From assembly GCA_002502295.1 (NCBI GenBank), contig DANX01000012.1, forward strand, positions 1 through 50,984: a DNA stretch of 50,984 nt, written 5' to 3'. Below are positions 17,527 to 26,985 of the stretch, one piece after another; the first letter of the stretch is position 1; each line of letters opens with the position of its first letter. The notes below the pieces were generated by a model. It worked only from the letters and a program-made list of their open reading frames with translations, was not told the origin of the DNA and ran no database searches. Made by a program: the position numbers and the translations under genes. Source of the DNA: Euryarchaeota archaeon UBA561 (GTDB lineage Archaea > Thermoplasmatota > Poseidoniia > Poseidoniales > Poseidoniaceae).

Positions 17527-18273
17527 GTGTCGTTGGTATTCACGCCTTTCGGACTCCTCGGCGCCCATGAACCTCTGGATGGCATCAGTCCGGACCGAAT
17601 TGAGGCCGAGTTGCGCGGTCTCGATCTCCTGCAAACCATCATGCTGAACGTCGAGAACTGGACTTCATTGAACTGCCACAGATCGGGTAACAGCCAGTTG
17701 GTCACAAGGATAGAAGGCTATGAAATGCGAATCGACATCATCAAAACCATCTCATCGTTCTTGGTCCACAACGACCCACACCTCGAAGTCCACCTTTATC
17801 GAGGACGAAACAGAACGGTCGGTTCGGTTGAACGTCTTTGCATTGCCTTGACAGGAAGTCACCCCGGGTGCGCGATAGCAGACGCCATCGTGTCATTGGT
17901 CTTGCTGGGAGAATCAAATTGGCCGAGGGCGGCCACCCCCCATACGCTCAGGGAATTTGCTGAAGAAGCCGAACGGCAACGTTTGGGGAAACACCTCAAG
18001 CTGGGCTTGATCAATTTATCATTGGAAGACATTGAAGAGATTGCGGATGTGCGCCAGGCCATCGAGTTGGGAGTTTCACACGCCGCCATTGACCTGTTGT
18101 GCAGTTTTGCTCGACGGTGTTACACCTGCAAAGGCATGGAGATGGAGGCGGTGAAGCGCTACATTCTGCCGCTGTTCGAAGGAATTACTCAGGCAGAGAT
18201 TGAAGCCTATGCTCTCCGTCCGAGCACACCGGCTGACATCTTGTTTCTTCCATATTTGGAATCAACGGCATGA
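17527..18273 (+). CDS. Hypothetical protein (orphan, soluble)
   Basis: 248 aa with a GTG start and no motif I recognise. It fills the plsC-thyA gap on the same strand with coding-like composition. Confidence 0.5.
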   Translation: MSLVFTPFGLLGAHEPLDGISPDRIEAELRGLDLLQTIMLNVENWTSLNCHRSGNSQLVTRIEGYEMRIDIIKTISSFLVHNDPHLEVHLYRGRNRTVGSVERLCIALTGSHPGCAIADAIVSLVLLGESNWPRAATPHTLREFAEEAERQRLGKHLKLGLINLSLEDIEEIADVRQAIELGVSHAAIDLLCSFARRCYTCKGMEMEAVKRYILPLFEGITQAEIEAYALRPSTPADILFLPYLESTA

Positions 18274-18318
18274 ACAACGCCTAAGTGCTTCCTCTGCTGT
18301 CTTCCGTTAGGTGGAAAC

Positions 18319-19113
18319 TTGGAAGCGTACCTTGACTTGATGCGTCACATCCTCGACCACGGAGCTGACAAAGGCGACCGGACGGGAACCGGCACCAAAT
18401 CCGTATTCGGCTATCAGATGAGGTTTGACTTGGCCGAAGGATTTCCAATGGTGACCACGAAGAAACTGCACTTGCCTTCCATCGTCCATGAACTTCTCTG
18501 GTTTCTGAAAGGCGATACCAACGTTGGGTACCTCCAAGAGAACGGCGTACGTATCTGGAACGAATGGGCGGATCAGAACGGGGACCTCGGACCAGTTTAT
18601 GGAAAGCAATGGAGGAAGTGGGAAGCCAAGGACGGCCGGATCATTGACCAGGTACAGGAAGCCATTGAAACCATCAAAACAAATCCAAACAGCCGCCGAA
18701 TCATTGTGTCCGCTTGGAACGTAGGGGAACTTGAGGAGATGGCATTGATGCCATGCCATGCCTTCTTCCAATTTCATGTGGCGGATGGAAAACTGAATTG
18801 CCAACTCTACCAACGGAGCGCCGATGTTTTTCTTGGCGTCCCGTTCAACATTGCCTCATATGCCCTCTTGACACACATGATGGCACAGGTCTGCGACTTA
18901 GAAGCCGGGGTCTTTGTTCACACCCTAGGCGACGCTCACCTCTACAACAACCATCTTGACCAAGCCAGGCTCCAAATCTCAAGGGAACCACTGGCGCTTC
19001 CCAAATTAACATTGAACCCAAGCATCACCGACATTGATGGATTTACCTACGACGACATTAAAATTGAAGGATACGAACATCATCCTCACATCAAAGCACC
19101 CATATCTGTCTGA
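18319..19113 (+). CDS. thyA: Thymidylate synthase (ThyA)
   Basis: 264 aa. Contains [32 protein letters not shown] and [19 protein letters not shown]. The apparent start is TTG. Confidence 0.92.
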   Translation: MEAYLDLMRHILDHGADKGDRTGTGTKSVFGYQMRFDLAEGFPMVTTKKLHLPSIVHELLWFLKGDTNVGYLQENGVRIWNEWADQNGDLGPVYGKQWRKWEAKDGRIIDQVQEAIETIKTNPNSRRIIVSAWNVGELEEMALMPCHAFFQFHVADGKLNCQLYQRSADVFLGVPFNIASYALLTHMMAQVCDLEAGVFVHTLGDAHLYNNHLDQARLQISREPLALPKLTLNPSITDIDGFTYDDIKIEGYEHHPHIKAPISV

Positions 19114-19122
19114 GGCCCTCAT

Positions 19123-19593
19123 ATGCTGTCGATGATTTTTGCTTGCGATGAGGAAGGGGCGATTGGAAAAAATGGAGATTTACCCTGGCGTCAATCCTCA
19201 GATCTTCAGCACTTTAAGCGAACAACCCTCAACAAAACTGTCGTCATGGGAAGAAAAACTTGGGAGAGTTTAGGGCAGCCTCTGCCAAAGCGTCGAAACA
19301 TCGTGATGACGCGTCAAGGAATCGACGACGATGTCGAGGTCATGACGCATGAAGAGGTCATGGCACTCGCTGAAGACGAAGAAGTGATGATCATTGGAGG
19401 AGGGGAAATCTATGCCTTGTTCTTGCCCCACGCAAAGGAAGTTCATCGTACAATCATTCACACGGTGGTAGAGGGGGCCGACACCTTTGCGCCTGAACTT
19501 GAAGCAGAGGGCTACTACTTGCTTACTGAACGTCATGTCCTCGCTGGGGAGCGGGACGATTATCCCATGACCTTTCAACATTGGATCGTTTGA
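19123..19593 (+). CDS. folA: Dihydrofolate reductase
   Basis: 156 aa. Contains IGKNGDLPW, VVMGRKTWESL and IIGGGEIY. It starts 9 nt after thyA. Confidence 0.9.
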   Translation: MLSMIFACDEEGAIGKNGDLPWRQSSDLQHFKRTTLNKTVVMGRKTWESLGQPLPKRRNIVMTRQGIDDDVEVMTHEEVMALAEDEEVMIIGGGEIYALFLPHAKEVHRTIIHTVVEGADTFAPELEAEGYYLLTERHVLAGERDDYPMTFQHWIV

Positions 19594-19962
19594 TCAATCC
19601 GGACGGTACTCAGTGACTCGAACTCCGAGACGGCCCTGGAGTGCCTCTCGTTTCATGATACGAGCGTACTTCTTCTCGAAGGCCGCTTTCAAGTCCACTT
19701 CCATCGCAAGGCTATGGCCCATCAGGAGGATGAGGACATCTGCCATTTCTTCAGCGCACTCAGCAATTGGTTTACCTTTGGTTATGGCGGCGGCCAATTC
19801 ACCGAGTTCTTCAATTGTCAGAGCAAGCCTGTATCCCATGTCGTGGCCGTTTTGACCGGCAAAATCGTGCTTGTGGTGAAACGCTGCGACCTTCTTCATC
19901 ATGACATCCCACTCGTTCGATGCCTCGTGGGACATCCAATCCTCTACCGAAAATCCTTCCAT
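19594..19962 (-). CDS. MazG-like nucleoside triphosphate pyrophosphohydrolase
   Basis: 122 aa. The motif EELGELAAAI...EEMADVLILL is the EExxE...ExxD pattern of all-alpha NTP-PPases. Confidence 0.8.
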   Translation of the reverse strand: MEGFSVEDWMSHEASNEWDVMMKKVAAFHHKHDFAGQNGHDMGYRLALTIEELGELAAAITKGKPIAECAEEMADVLILLMGHSLAMEVDLKAAFEKKYARIMKREALQGRLGVRVTEYRPD

Positions 19963-19998
19963 GGTTGAACCTCAACCGAGCAGCCCTTGATGGTTGTC

Positions 19999-20781
19999 TT
20001 AGCCGAGCATGGCAAAAATACAGGCCCATACAGGTTCAAGGCGGTCATTGGCCTGAGCAGAAACATCCTCATGATTCAGCGCCTTTTCTGCATCCAACGG
20101 ATCGCGACCTGCAGCCCAATTTGAAGAGATGCAAACTGCCGCGTAGGGCACGGTGAGTTCACAGGCGAGTTTTGCCTCTCGAGGCATGGTCATGCCCACC
20201 ATGTCTCCGCCAAGACCTTCAATGGCGTCCACCTCAGCTACCGTTTCAAATTGAGGCCCCTGGGTTAACCAATAGGTATAGCGCATGATTTCGTTGTCGT
20301 CAAAGCCCTGAACCTCCCGAAGAACCCCTTCAAGGACTGAATTCATTGACTCATCGAAGGGAACAGTGACCGAGGTAAAGGTGGATTCATCGTCATGAAA
20401 CGTGGTAGCCACGCCGGTAAAGTCGACGTATTGTTCAGCGATTCCAACCTTGCCAGGGACAAACGTAGAGGCGATGGCTCCCACCGAACACACCGAGAGC
20501 ACGGCATCGACGTTCGATTGAGACATGGCCGTCATGTTCGCTTTGTGGTTGATCATGTGAGGTGGGCATCCGTGCCCCGAGTCACTGTGGTGACGTTGGA
20601 GGAAAATCAATTCATGGGATTCTCCTTGGATGACCAGAGAGAAACAACGCAACGGCACAGGGCCAAATGGAGTGTCAACGAGGAGGTCGTCGGCGCGGGC
20701 GACTTCTCCACCCACGGCCCCGATTTTCGCGGAGAGGTCCATGTTGATGAGGCCGGTTCCTCCAATCACACCGAGTCGCAT
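19999..20781 (-). CDS. mtnP: S-methyl-5'-thioadenosine / purine nucleoside phosphorylase (MTAP family)
   Basis: 260 aa. Contains LGVIGGTG, FLQRHH, INHKANM, SVCSVGA and MTMPREAKLA. Confidence 0.85.
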   Translation of the reverse strand: MRLGVIGGTGLINMDLSAKIGAVGGEVARADDLLVDTPFGPVPLRCFSLVIQGESHELIFLQRHHSDSGHGCPPHMINHKANMTAMSQSNVDAVLSVCSVGAIASTFVPGKVGIAEQYVDFTGVATTFHDDESTFTSVTVPFDESMNSVLEGVLREVQGFDDNEIMRYTYWLTQGPQFETVAEVDAIEGLGGDMVGMTMPREAKLACELTVPYAAVCISSNWAAGRDPLDAEKALNHEDVSAQANDRLEPVWACIFAMLG

Positions 20782-20812
20782 GTTTGCCGCACGTGGTGAT
20801 GACTTGTCAAGT

Positions 20813-21781
20813 CTACGGCGATTGGGTATCTTCTGTGGTAAAATTCAGTTCATTGATCGCTCGCGCAGCGGCGACAACATCACCATCCTCCCACCAGTCG
20901 ACCGCTACAAAGGTGGGTCGCTTCCCATGCATTTCCCAGCATTCAAGGGCTCGACTGACCAAAAATTCAGGGTCATTGGTTTCATCAGCGTCGGTCGGGC
21001 TTGAAAGCCCAAGCGGGCCGCTGAGCCAATTGTTCATATGGAAAACAACCTGATTTTCATCGCCGCGATGAGGGGTGCAATCCATCTCTTCCTTGCTTTC
21101 CTCGGCGTAATTCGTCGTCCAACTGTGGGTAAGGAAGTCATGGAACCAAGGAAACGCTTCATCGGAGGATTGTTCCCAAAAAACAACCATCTGCTCCCCA
21201 TTTTGAATCATTTCCCGAAGGGTTGGCCAAGGTTCGTTCATGCCGTGAACGAAGACATGGTCCATGAGCCCGGAGTCGTTCAAGACCTCGTGTAGATGGG
21301 CGGGTTCGACGTAGTTTTCAATCAGAAGGGTCACCACGTCATTTGGTGCGCTCGTCATGTGGGATTGCAACGCAGTGAGCCATGTTCGTGCGTCTACGCT
21401 GCCATAGCTGCAGGGGTTGATCGCCCCCCCACTGTTCCCGTGACACAAGCGAACACCATCCGAATTTGGATTGGAGGGGTCAGCGTAATGCGTGTCAAGC
21501 ATGAACGCCCTCATGCCTGCATTCCACTGGGCATCAAGTCCAGTCCGGTGGTTGCTTGCCGGATAGAAAATTCCATCCTCATGGGTTGCAAAGGCGTTGT
21601 GAGTCTCAGGGAAGGTGACATTGTCATAAGTTCGAGAGCACAAAACGTCCCATCCGTTGCACACCATTCCATCATCGTGCTCCTGAACTTGAACCGCTTC
21701 CTCCGCTTCGTTGGACACAGAGGCACAACCCGGCAACGCCATGCACGCCACCAATAGGAAGGCAACGAAGAGCCTCTGCAT
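20813..21781 (-). CDS. PLC-like phosphodiesterase (PI-PLC X-domain-like) lipoprotein
   Basis: 322 aa. The N-terminus MQRLFVAFLLVACMALPGC carries a lipobox-like LPGC. ETHNAF, NHRTGLDAQWNAGMRAFMLDTHY and VRLCHG resemble the PLCXD family. Confidence 0.7.
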   Translation of the reverse strand: MQRLFVAFLLVACMALPGCASVSNEAEEAVQVQEHDDGMVCNGWDVLCSRTYDNVTFPETHNAFATHEDGIFYPASNHRTGLDAQWNAGMRAFMLDTHYADPSNPNSDGVRLCHGNSGGAINPCSYGSVDARTWLTALQSHMTSAPNDVVTLLIENYVEPAHLHEVLNDSGLMDHVFVHGMNEPWPTLREMIQNGEQMVVFWEQSSDEAFPWFHDFLTHSWTTNYAEESKEEMDCTPHRGDENQVVFHMNNWLSGPLGLSSPTDADETNDPEFLVSRALECWEMHGKRPTFVAVDWWEDGDVVAAARAINELNFTTEDTQSP

Positions 21782-21829
21782 GAAGTGCCCAAGGGGTCAA
21801 AGGCCATCAAATCGATGGTGCAACGCCGT

Positions 21830-22792
21830 TTACTCGTTGAGACGAGCGACGAGGTCGGCTTTCTTGCCAGACACGGGCTTGCCAGCGGCCTTCAGCAACT
21901 CCTTGAGCTCTGCGACCGTCATGCTGTCATAATCGGCATCGTTGGCTGTTTCTGGAGCAGGAGCCTCTTCAGCAGGAGCTTCTTGAGGGGCAGCCTCGGC
22001 GGGTGCTTCTTCCACAGGGTCATCATTGTCGCCTGCGTTTGAGTCAGCCCCATCTTCAGCCATTTCAGCCTCTTCCTCGGCCATGGCAGCTGCAAGCGCT
22101 GCAGCCTTCTTGGCCTTGAGTTCAGCGGATTGACGCTCTTCCTGAGCGTGAATCTCATCAAGCGTGGGACCATCAGCAACAACCACACCTTCTTGCAGAA
22201 GTTGGCTCTTGCGGATAGCTACAGAACGAACAGGGTAAATGGACTTAACACCCTTTTCAATCTCTTCTTCGAGCTTTCCATCAAGGAGGGCTCGTTGCAC
22301 ATCGGAATACGTGTTCTTCGCGGCGAAGGAGATGATGATGTCGCGGGTGCGGCTTCGCATGTCTTGCTTGACCGAGGTCTGCACGCGCTGCTGGGTGATG
22401 ATGAGTGGTTTCATTCGCACGAGGTATCCATCCGTGGTGACAACGTCAACCACATCGTCAACCTTTCCTCGATAGCGACGGATTTGACGTCGTGTGTGAT
22501 CGGTTTGGTGATGATGTCCGATGAAGGTGGTCAAGGCGTCCTGACCAACGCACTCGGAGACACGGAATCGCATCACGACGTGCATTTTCGAAAAGTTTCC
22601 GTCAAACTCTTGTTGCGTCATTTCGTAGACACGTCCGATGATGTGTTCATCCGACTCACCGATTGTTTCGCCAATTGGCTTGAAATCCCATGGATGTCGA
22701 GGTGCACGAATCGTGTACCATCGCTTTGTCTTCCACTTGTCACGTTGTTTACGCGCTGCTGCGCGTGCCTTTGCACTGATTTTCTTTGCCAT
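21830..22792 (-). CDS. rps3ae: Ribosomal protein eS1 (S3Ae) with a 120-aa C-terminal extension ending in a SAP/HeH-like motif
   Basis: The core (residues 1 to about 200) contains KWKTKRWYTIRAP...GRVYE...F...RMKPLIITQQR. It is followed by an Ala/Glu/Pro acidic linker and then MTVAELKELLKAAGKPVSGKKADLVARLNE. Start trimmed to the ATG at 22792 (MAKKISAK). Confidence 0.9.
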   Translation of the reverse strand: MAKKISAKARAAARKQRDKWKTKRWYTIRAPRHPWDFKPIGETIGESDEHIIGRVYEMTQQEFDGNFSKMHVVMRFRVSECVGQDALTTFIGHHHQTDHTRRQIRRYRGKVDDVVDVVTTDGYLVRMKPLIITQQRVQTSVKQDMRSRTRDIIISFAAKNTYSDVQRALLDGKLEEEIEKGVKSIYPVRSVAIRKSQLLQEGVVVADGPTLDEIHAQEERQSAELKAKKAAALAAAMAEEEAEMAEDGADSNAGDNDDPVEEAPAEAAPQEAPAEEAPAPETANDADYDSMTVAELKELLKAAGKPVSGKKADLVARLNE

Positions 22793-22911
22793 GGTGATCA
22801 ACTCGGTGTGTCTTGCGGGGGCTACCCCACTTGCAAGTTGCGGACTGACCTCCCCTATTTGAATGAGCCTCATCTCAAGAATACTCTCATGCACGACGAT
22901 TCGGCAACCTC

Positions 22912-23388
22912 TTGACCTCCCCTCTCCACCGGGAAAGCGTGGGCCTTCATCACATCACATGGAGGGCGACGGCAAGCGCCCTCTCCAACGCCGATGTTTT
23001 GACCGAGGCCATGGCGTGGCTTATCGGTGATGAGGCCGCTGTAAAAAAGGACTCAAGCACTTCCTATCACGGACCGGAGCTGACGCTTTTGACGGCCTCA
23101 ACCACAAACAAACGAAAGGCCTTGAAATCCCTCGCACGGCTAGGCGAAACCAACCTTAGACGACTCCAAACGGAACTGACTCATCGGATGGACGACGAAC
23201 ATGTGCTCCATTTTCGAGTGTCCGTTGAGTCGGTGGTTGAAGGAGCACCGATACTGGCCACAAGCACTGGCACTGGAACCGTGAAGGGACAAGCAAAATT
23301 CGAAGTGTATTCGGGTCGAACTGAACAAGAACAACTGGACGATACCTTCGATGAGGTCTACAAACTCGTTGAGGGGAATCAAGAATGA
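22912..23388 (+). CDS. Probable DUF54/COG1931-family RNA-binding protein
   Basis: About 150 aa. The pattern HHITWRATA....DVLTEAMAWL....YHGPELTLL....KRKAL..L....L..L...L..RMDD...LHFRV follows the DUF54 layout as I remember it. Start uncertain (TTG at 22912 or a GTG near 22939). Confidence 0.45.
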   Translation: MTSPLHRESVGLHHITWRATASALSNADVLTEAMAWLIGDEAAVKKDSSTSYHGPELTLLTASTTNKRKALKSLARLGETNLRRLQTELTHRMDDEHVLHFRVSVESVVEGAPILATSTGTGTVKGQAKFEVYSGRTEQEQLDDTFDEVYKLVEGNQE

Positions 23389-25556
23389 ATTTTGGCCAAC
23401 CAAGACCCATCCCTGCGGTTATGGTGGCGCTCTTGTTTCTTGTTCATGCACCCCATGTTTTCGCAGAAGAAAACCAACAAAATTTCAACCCTCAGCCGTC
23501 ATGCAATGCAGACCGGAGTAACTGGACCATTGGGCTCGTGTATTGCGACGAGGGCGCCGTTGGTGGTTACACATTGTTCTCACCCATCCCATCCAACACC
23601 ACCTATTTGATCGACCACGAAGGACGTCATGTCCACGACTGGGTTTCACCCGGTGGCCATCGTCCTGGACTCTCGGCATACCTGCTTCCCGACGGAGACT
23701 TGCTTCGTACAGCGAACAATCAAGAGCAGGCAGTCGGGAACTTCTCGGGAGGCGGGACGAGTGGGAAAATAGAGCGCATTTCATGGAATGGGACGCTGGA
23801 ATGGTCGTGGAGGTACGACGACAACTTGCATATTTCACATCACGACATTGAACCGATGCCAAACGGCAACATTCTCCTGATCGCATGGGAGGAGCGTACC
23901 GAAGAAGAAGCTCTTCAAGCTGGGCGCAACCCCGACATAGCCAGTGATTCACCGGGTGGCCAAAACAATGTTTGGCCGGACCGTGTCGTAGAGGTGAAAC
24001 CCATTGGCACCGATGAGGCCGAAATCGTCTGGCAATGGAATGCTTGGGATCACCTCATACAGGATTACGACGAAACAAAAGACAATTATGGCGTCGTCGC
24101 GGACCACCCTGGACGCATTGACATCAATTTTGTTGGCGCCAGCGGCAACGCTGCCGGAAGAGCCGACTGGATGCATTGCAACGGCATTGATTACAACGCT
24201 GAACTTGACCAAATTGCCCTTTCGTGTCGAAGCATGAACGAAGTCTACGTCATCGACCACAGCACGACAACGGAAGAAGCCGCAGGCCAGATTGGTGGCA
24301 ACGCCGGAAAGGGTGGAGACATCCTTTATCGCTGGGGAAACCCACAAGTCTACAAAAAGGGACTTTCAAGTGATCAACAACTCTTCGCCCAACACGATGT
24401 TCAATGGATTGAGGCTGGACACCCTGATGAAGGAAAATTGATTGTGTTCAACAACGGAAATGGGCGTTATCCAGCCTACTCCTCGGTGGACATCATCGAC
24501 CCACAAGTGGACAACGGAACCTATGTACTTCAATCCAACGGAACTTTTGGACCTGCATCACCCTCCTGGTCGTGGAACAACGGAGAGGCGATGTATTCAG
24601 CGTTTATTTCAGGAGCTCAAGCCCTGACAAACGGCAATGTTTTGGTCACGCACGGAACACAAGGAACGCTCTACGAAGTCAGCAGAGAAGGCAACATAGT
24701 GTGGGAATACATTGCACCGATTGGTTCAGATGGACCCTTTACTCAAGGCGACACACTCCCCGACGGAAATCGTGCGGGAACCACGGCAAATACGGTGTTC
24801 AAAGCCACCAGTTATTCCAAAGAATTCGTCCATTCCCTCGGTCAAACCATTGCGGTGGGGGATTACCTCGAGAACTGGTCCGATGCGTGTCCGAATCAAG
24901 ACGCATGGGGGTGGGACCGAGACGGCGATGGTTGCATTGACGATAGCGACGGGGATGGGACCTTGGACCCCGAAGACCAGTGCCCCTCAGGGAGTGATTT
25001 CATCGACGAGGACGACGATGGCGTGCCCGATGCCTGCGATGCCTTGGTCGATAACGACGCAGACGGTGTAGCAAACCAGAACGATGCATGTGAGGGCCAT
25101 GACGATACAGTTGATGCCGATCAAGACGGTGTTCCTGAACCGTGCGATGACTTGGTTGATAGCGACGGCGACGGCATGAGTGACGACCTCGACCGCTGTC
25201 CGGGTCACAACGATTCAGTGGATGAAGACCTTGACGGGATAGCGGATGGTTGTGACCCACTCATCGATACCGACGGTGATGGAGTGAGCGATGATAACGA
25301 CGTGTGTGTGGGCGGCGATGATAAGTTGGATGCTGACCAAGATAGCGTGCCGGACCATTGCGATACAACAACGAGTAGCCTCCAAGAAAATGCAACACAA
25401 CCCGACGCACCTCTTACTGAACCGACCAATCCTGCCGTGAATCAAGTGGAAGACGATGCGAACATCTTGACACAGGAAAACACCACAGGTTATCTCGTGG
25501 GAGGAATGTTACTTTTGGCTGCATTCACGTGGTGGCTGCGCCGTTCGAAAAGATGA
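23385..25556 (+). CDS. Membrane-anchored arylsulfotransferase-like beta-propeller protein with an Asp-rich (thrombospondin type-3-like) Ca-binding stalk
   Basis: 723 aa with a signal peptide. GGYTLFSP...TYLIDHEGRHVHDW...HHDIEPMPNGNILLIAWE is an ASST/Arylsulfotran_2-like pattern. DxDxDG repeats span 24915-25364. A C-terminal TM lies at 25491-25538, followed by RRSKR. The start overlaps the upstream stop as ATGA. Confidence 0.7.
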   Translation: MNFGQPRPIPAVMVALLFLVHAPHVFAEENQQNFNPQPSCNADRSNWTIGLVYCDEGAVGGYTLFSPIPSNTTYLIDHEGRHVHDWVSPGGHRPGLSAYLLPDGDLLRTANNQEQAVGNFSGGGTSGKIERISWNGTLEWSWRYDDNLHISHHDIEPMPNGNILLIAWEERTEEEALQAGRNPDIASDSPGGQNNVWPDRVVEVKPIGTDEAEIVWQWNAWDHLIQDYDETKDNYGVVADHPGRIDINFVGASGNAAGRADWMHCNGIDYNAELDQIALSCRSMNEVYVIDHSTTTEEAAGQIGGNAGKGGDILYRWGNPQVYKKGLSSDQQLFAQHDVQWIEAGHPDEGKLIVFNNGNGRYPAYSSVDIIDPQVDNGTYVLQSNGTFGPASPSWSWNNGEAMYSAFISGAQALTNGNVLVTHGTQGTLYEVSREGNIVWEYIAPIGSDGPFTQGDTLPDGNRAGTTANTVFKATSYSKEFVHSLGQTIAVGDYLENWSDACPNQDAWGWDRDGDGCIDDSDGDGTLDPEDQCPSGSDFIDEDDDGVPDACDALVDNDADGVANQNDACEGHDDTVDADQDGVPEPCDDLVDSDGDGMSDDLDRCPGHNDSVDEDLDGIADGCDPLIDTDGDGVSDDNDVCVGGDDKLDADQDSVPDHCDTTTSSLQENATQPDAPLTEPTNPAVNQVEDDANILTQENTTGYLVGGMLLLAAFTWWLRRSKR

Positions 25557-25568
25557 CACGACGCAGCA

Positions 25569-25575
25569 TTTTTTT
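25569..25575 (+). terminator. Oligo-T tract (T7), candidate archaeal terminator
   Basis: TTTTTTT lies 13 nt after the stop of the 723-aa gene, and the next gene starts 78 nt later. Confidence 0.3.
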
Positions 25576-25652
25576 CGTATGTACGAAATTCAGCCTCCTT
25601 TCTTACAAGAGATTAAGTAGGCGTAGGAACTTGGTAAGAACGAGGAAATATC

Positions 25653-25928
25653 ATGCCCCACGTCGTCACTTCCGCCTGCGTTGATCACAAGTACCAGGAA
25701 TGCGTACATGTTTGCCCTGTTGAAGCGTTCAGGGAGGCTGAAACCTACCTTGTCATCGACCCTGACGAATGCATCGACTGCGGAGCTTGCGCACCCGAGT
25801 GCCCCGTGGACGCAATTTTCTCAGACGCAGAAATTCCAGAGGAAGAGGATGCATGGATTGACCGCAATGCAGACGAGGCAGTTGATGCAGATGTCGCTGA
25901 GGGCGATTCTCCTATCTTGGGCAGTTGA
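25653..25928 (+). CDS. Ferredoxin (7Fe type, 3Fe-4S plus 4Fe-4S)
   Basis: 91 aa. Contains [18 protein letters not shown] and [16 protein letters not shown]. Confidence 0.85.
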   Translation: MPHVVTSACVDHKYQECVHVCPVEAFREAETYLVIDPDECIDCGACAPECPVDAIFSDAEIPEEEDAWIDRNADEAVDADVAEGDSPILGS

Positions 25929-25990
25929 CCACCACATGGCATAGAACCAACCGTCATAAGGGAGGCCGACCACGCCACGGCGTGAGCACC

Positions 25991-26980
25991 ATGAAAACCG
26001 ACTTTTCTCAACTCCGTATGGGCAGCGACCTTCTCAAGCGAGGATTTGCTCGAATGCAGCAAGGCGGCGTCATCATGGACGTCGTAAACCCAGAACAAGC
26101 CGCTGTTGCTGAAGACGCCGGTGCCGTGGCTGTGATGGCGCTCGAGCGTGTACCGGCCGACATCCGAAAGGCCGGCGGCGTAGCACGAATGAGCCATCCC
26201 GACATGATACAGGGCATTCTCGATTGCACCTCCATACCGGTCATGGCCAAATCCAGAATCGGCCACGACGGAGAGGCACGGATCCTTGAATCGATGGGTG
26301 TTGACATGGTCGACGAAAGCGAAGTTCTTACCCCAGCCGACCCCTATTTCCACATCAACAAGCACGACTACGGAATTCCCTTTGTTTGCGGTGCAACCGG
26401 ACTCGGCGAAGCAACCCGACGTATATGGGAAGGCTGTGCGATGATACGCACAAAAGGCGAAGCGGGAACCGGAAACGTGGTTGCTGCGGTAACCCACGCC
26501 CGGCTCATCGACCAAGAAATTCGGCAAATTCAGTCCCTTGATGACCACGGACTTGACCTCGCGACAGAGAAAATCATGGAGCGATACAGCGTCCTTGCCT
26601 CCCATTCCGAACTCCCAGGAACCCATCTCACAACGCCATTTGGAGCCATCGACGATGAAATGCATGCCGGAATTCGTGGAGTGCTCGACGATGTGCATCG
26701 GCTGGGAAGGCTTCCGGTTGTGACCTTCTCCGCTGGCGGCATTGCAACCCCTGCTGATGCCTCACTGATGATGCAAATGGGGATGGATGGCATCTTCGTC
26801 GGATCGGGCATCTTCAAGTCCAGCGACCCACCAACCATGGCCGATGCCATCGTGATGGCCACCGCACACTACGATGAGCCAAGCAAGGTGGCAGAGGCCA
26901 TGGCCATGATGGAAGGCATCCCCATGAAAGGAGATGAACTCGAAACGTTGGAAATCCGTATGGATCAGCGTGGATGGTAA
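25991..26980 (+). CDS. pdxS: Pyridoxal 5'-phosphate synthase lyase subunit PdxS
   Basis: Contains [57 protein letters not shown] and SGIFKS. Start trimmed from 25925 to the ATG at 25991 (MKTDFSQL). Confidence 0.92.
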   Translation: MKTDFSQLRMGSDLLKRGFARMQQGGVIMDVVNPEQAAVAEDAGAVAVMALERVPADIRKAGGVARMSHPDMIQGILDCTSIPVMAKSRIGHDGEARILESMGVDMVDESEVLTPADPYFHINKHDYGIPFVCGATGLGEATRRIWEGCAMIRTKGEAGTGNVVAAVTHARLIDQEIRQIQSLDDHGLDLATEKIMERYSVLASHSELPGTHLTTPFGAIDDEMHAGIRGVLDDVHRLGRLPVVTFSAGGIATPADASLMMQMGMDGIFVGSGIFKSSDPPTMADAIVMATAHYDEPSKVAEAMAMMEGIPMKGDELETLEIRMDQRGW

Positions 26981-26985
26981 GCGCA

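Noticed and set aside
19963-19977. GGTTGA-ACC-TCAACC hairpin just upstream of the MazG-like start. Similar short AT-rich stems occur at 21802-21816 and about 38603-38616
   Set aside because: These are short stems with 3-5-nt loops in tiny spacers, expected by chance at this length. Nothing else supports a function.
25745-26698. 317-aa minus-strand ORF
   Set aside because: It is entirely antisense to pdxS, whose product has unmistakable conserved motifs. The antisense product is a low-complexity, Ser/Gly/His-rich shadow ORF.
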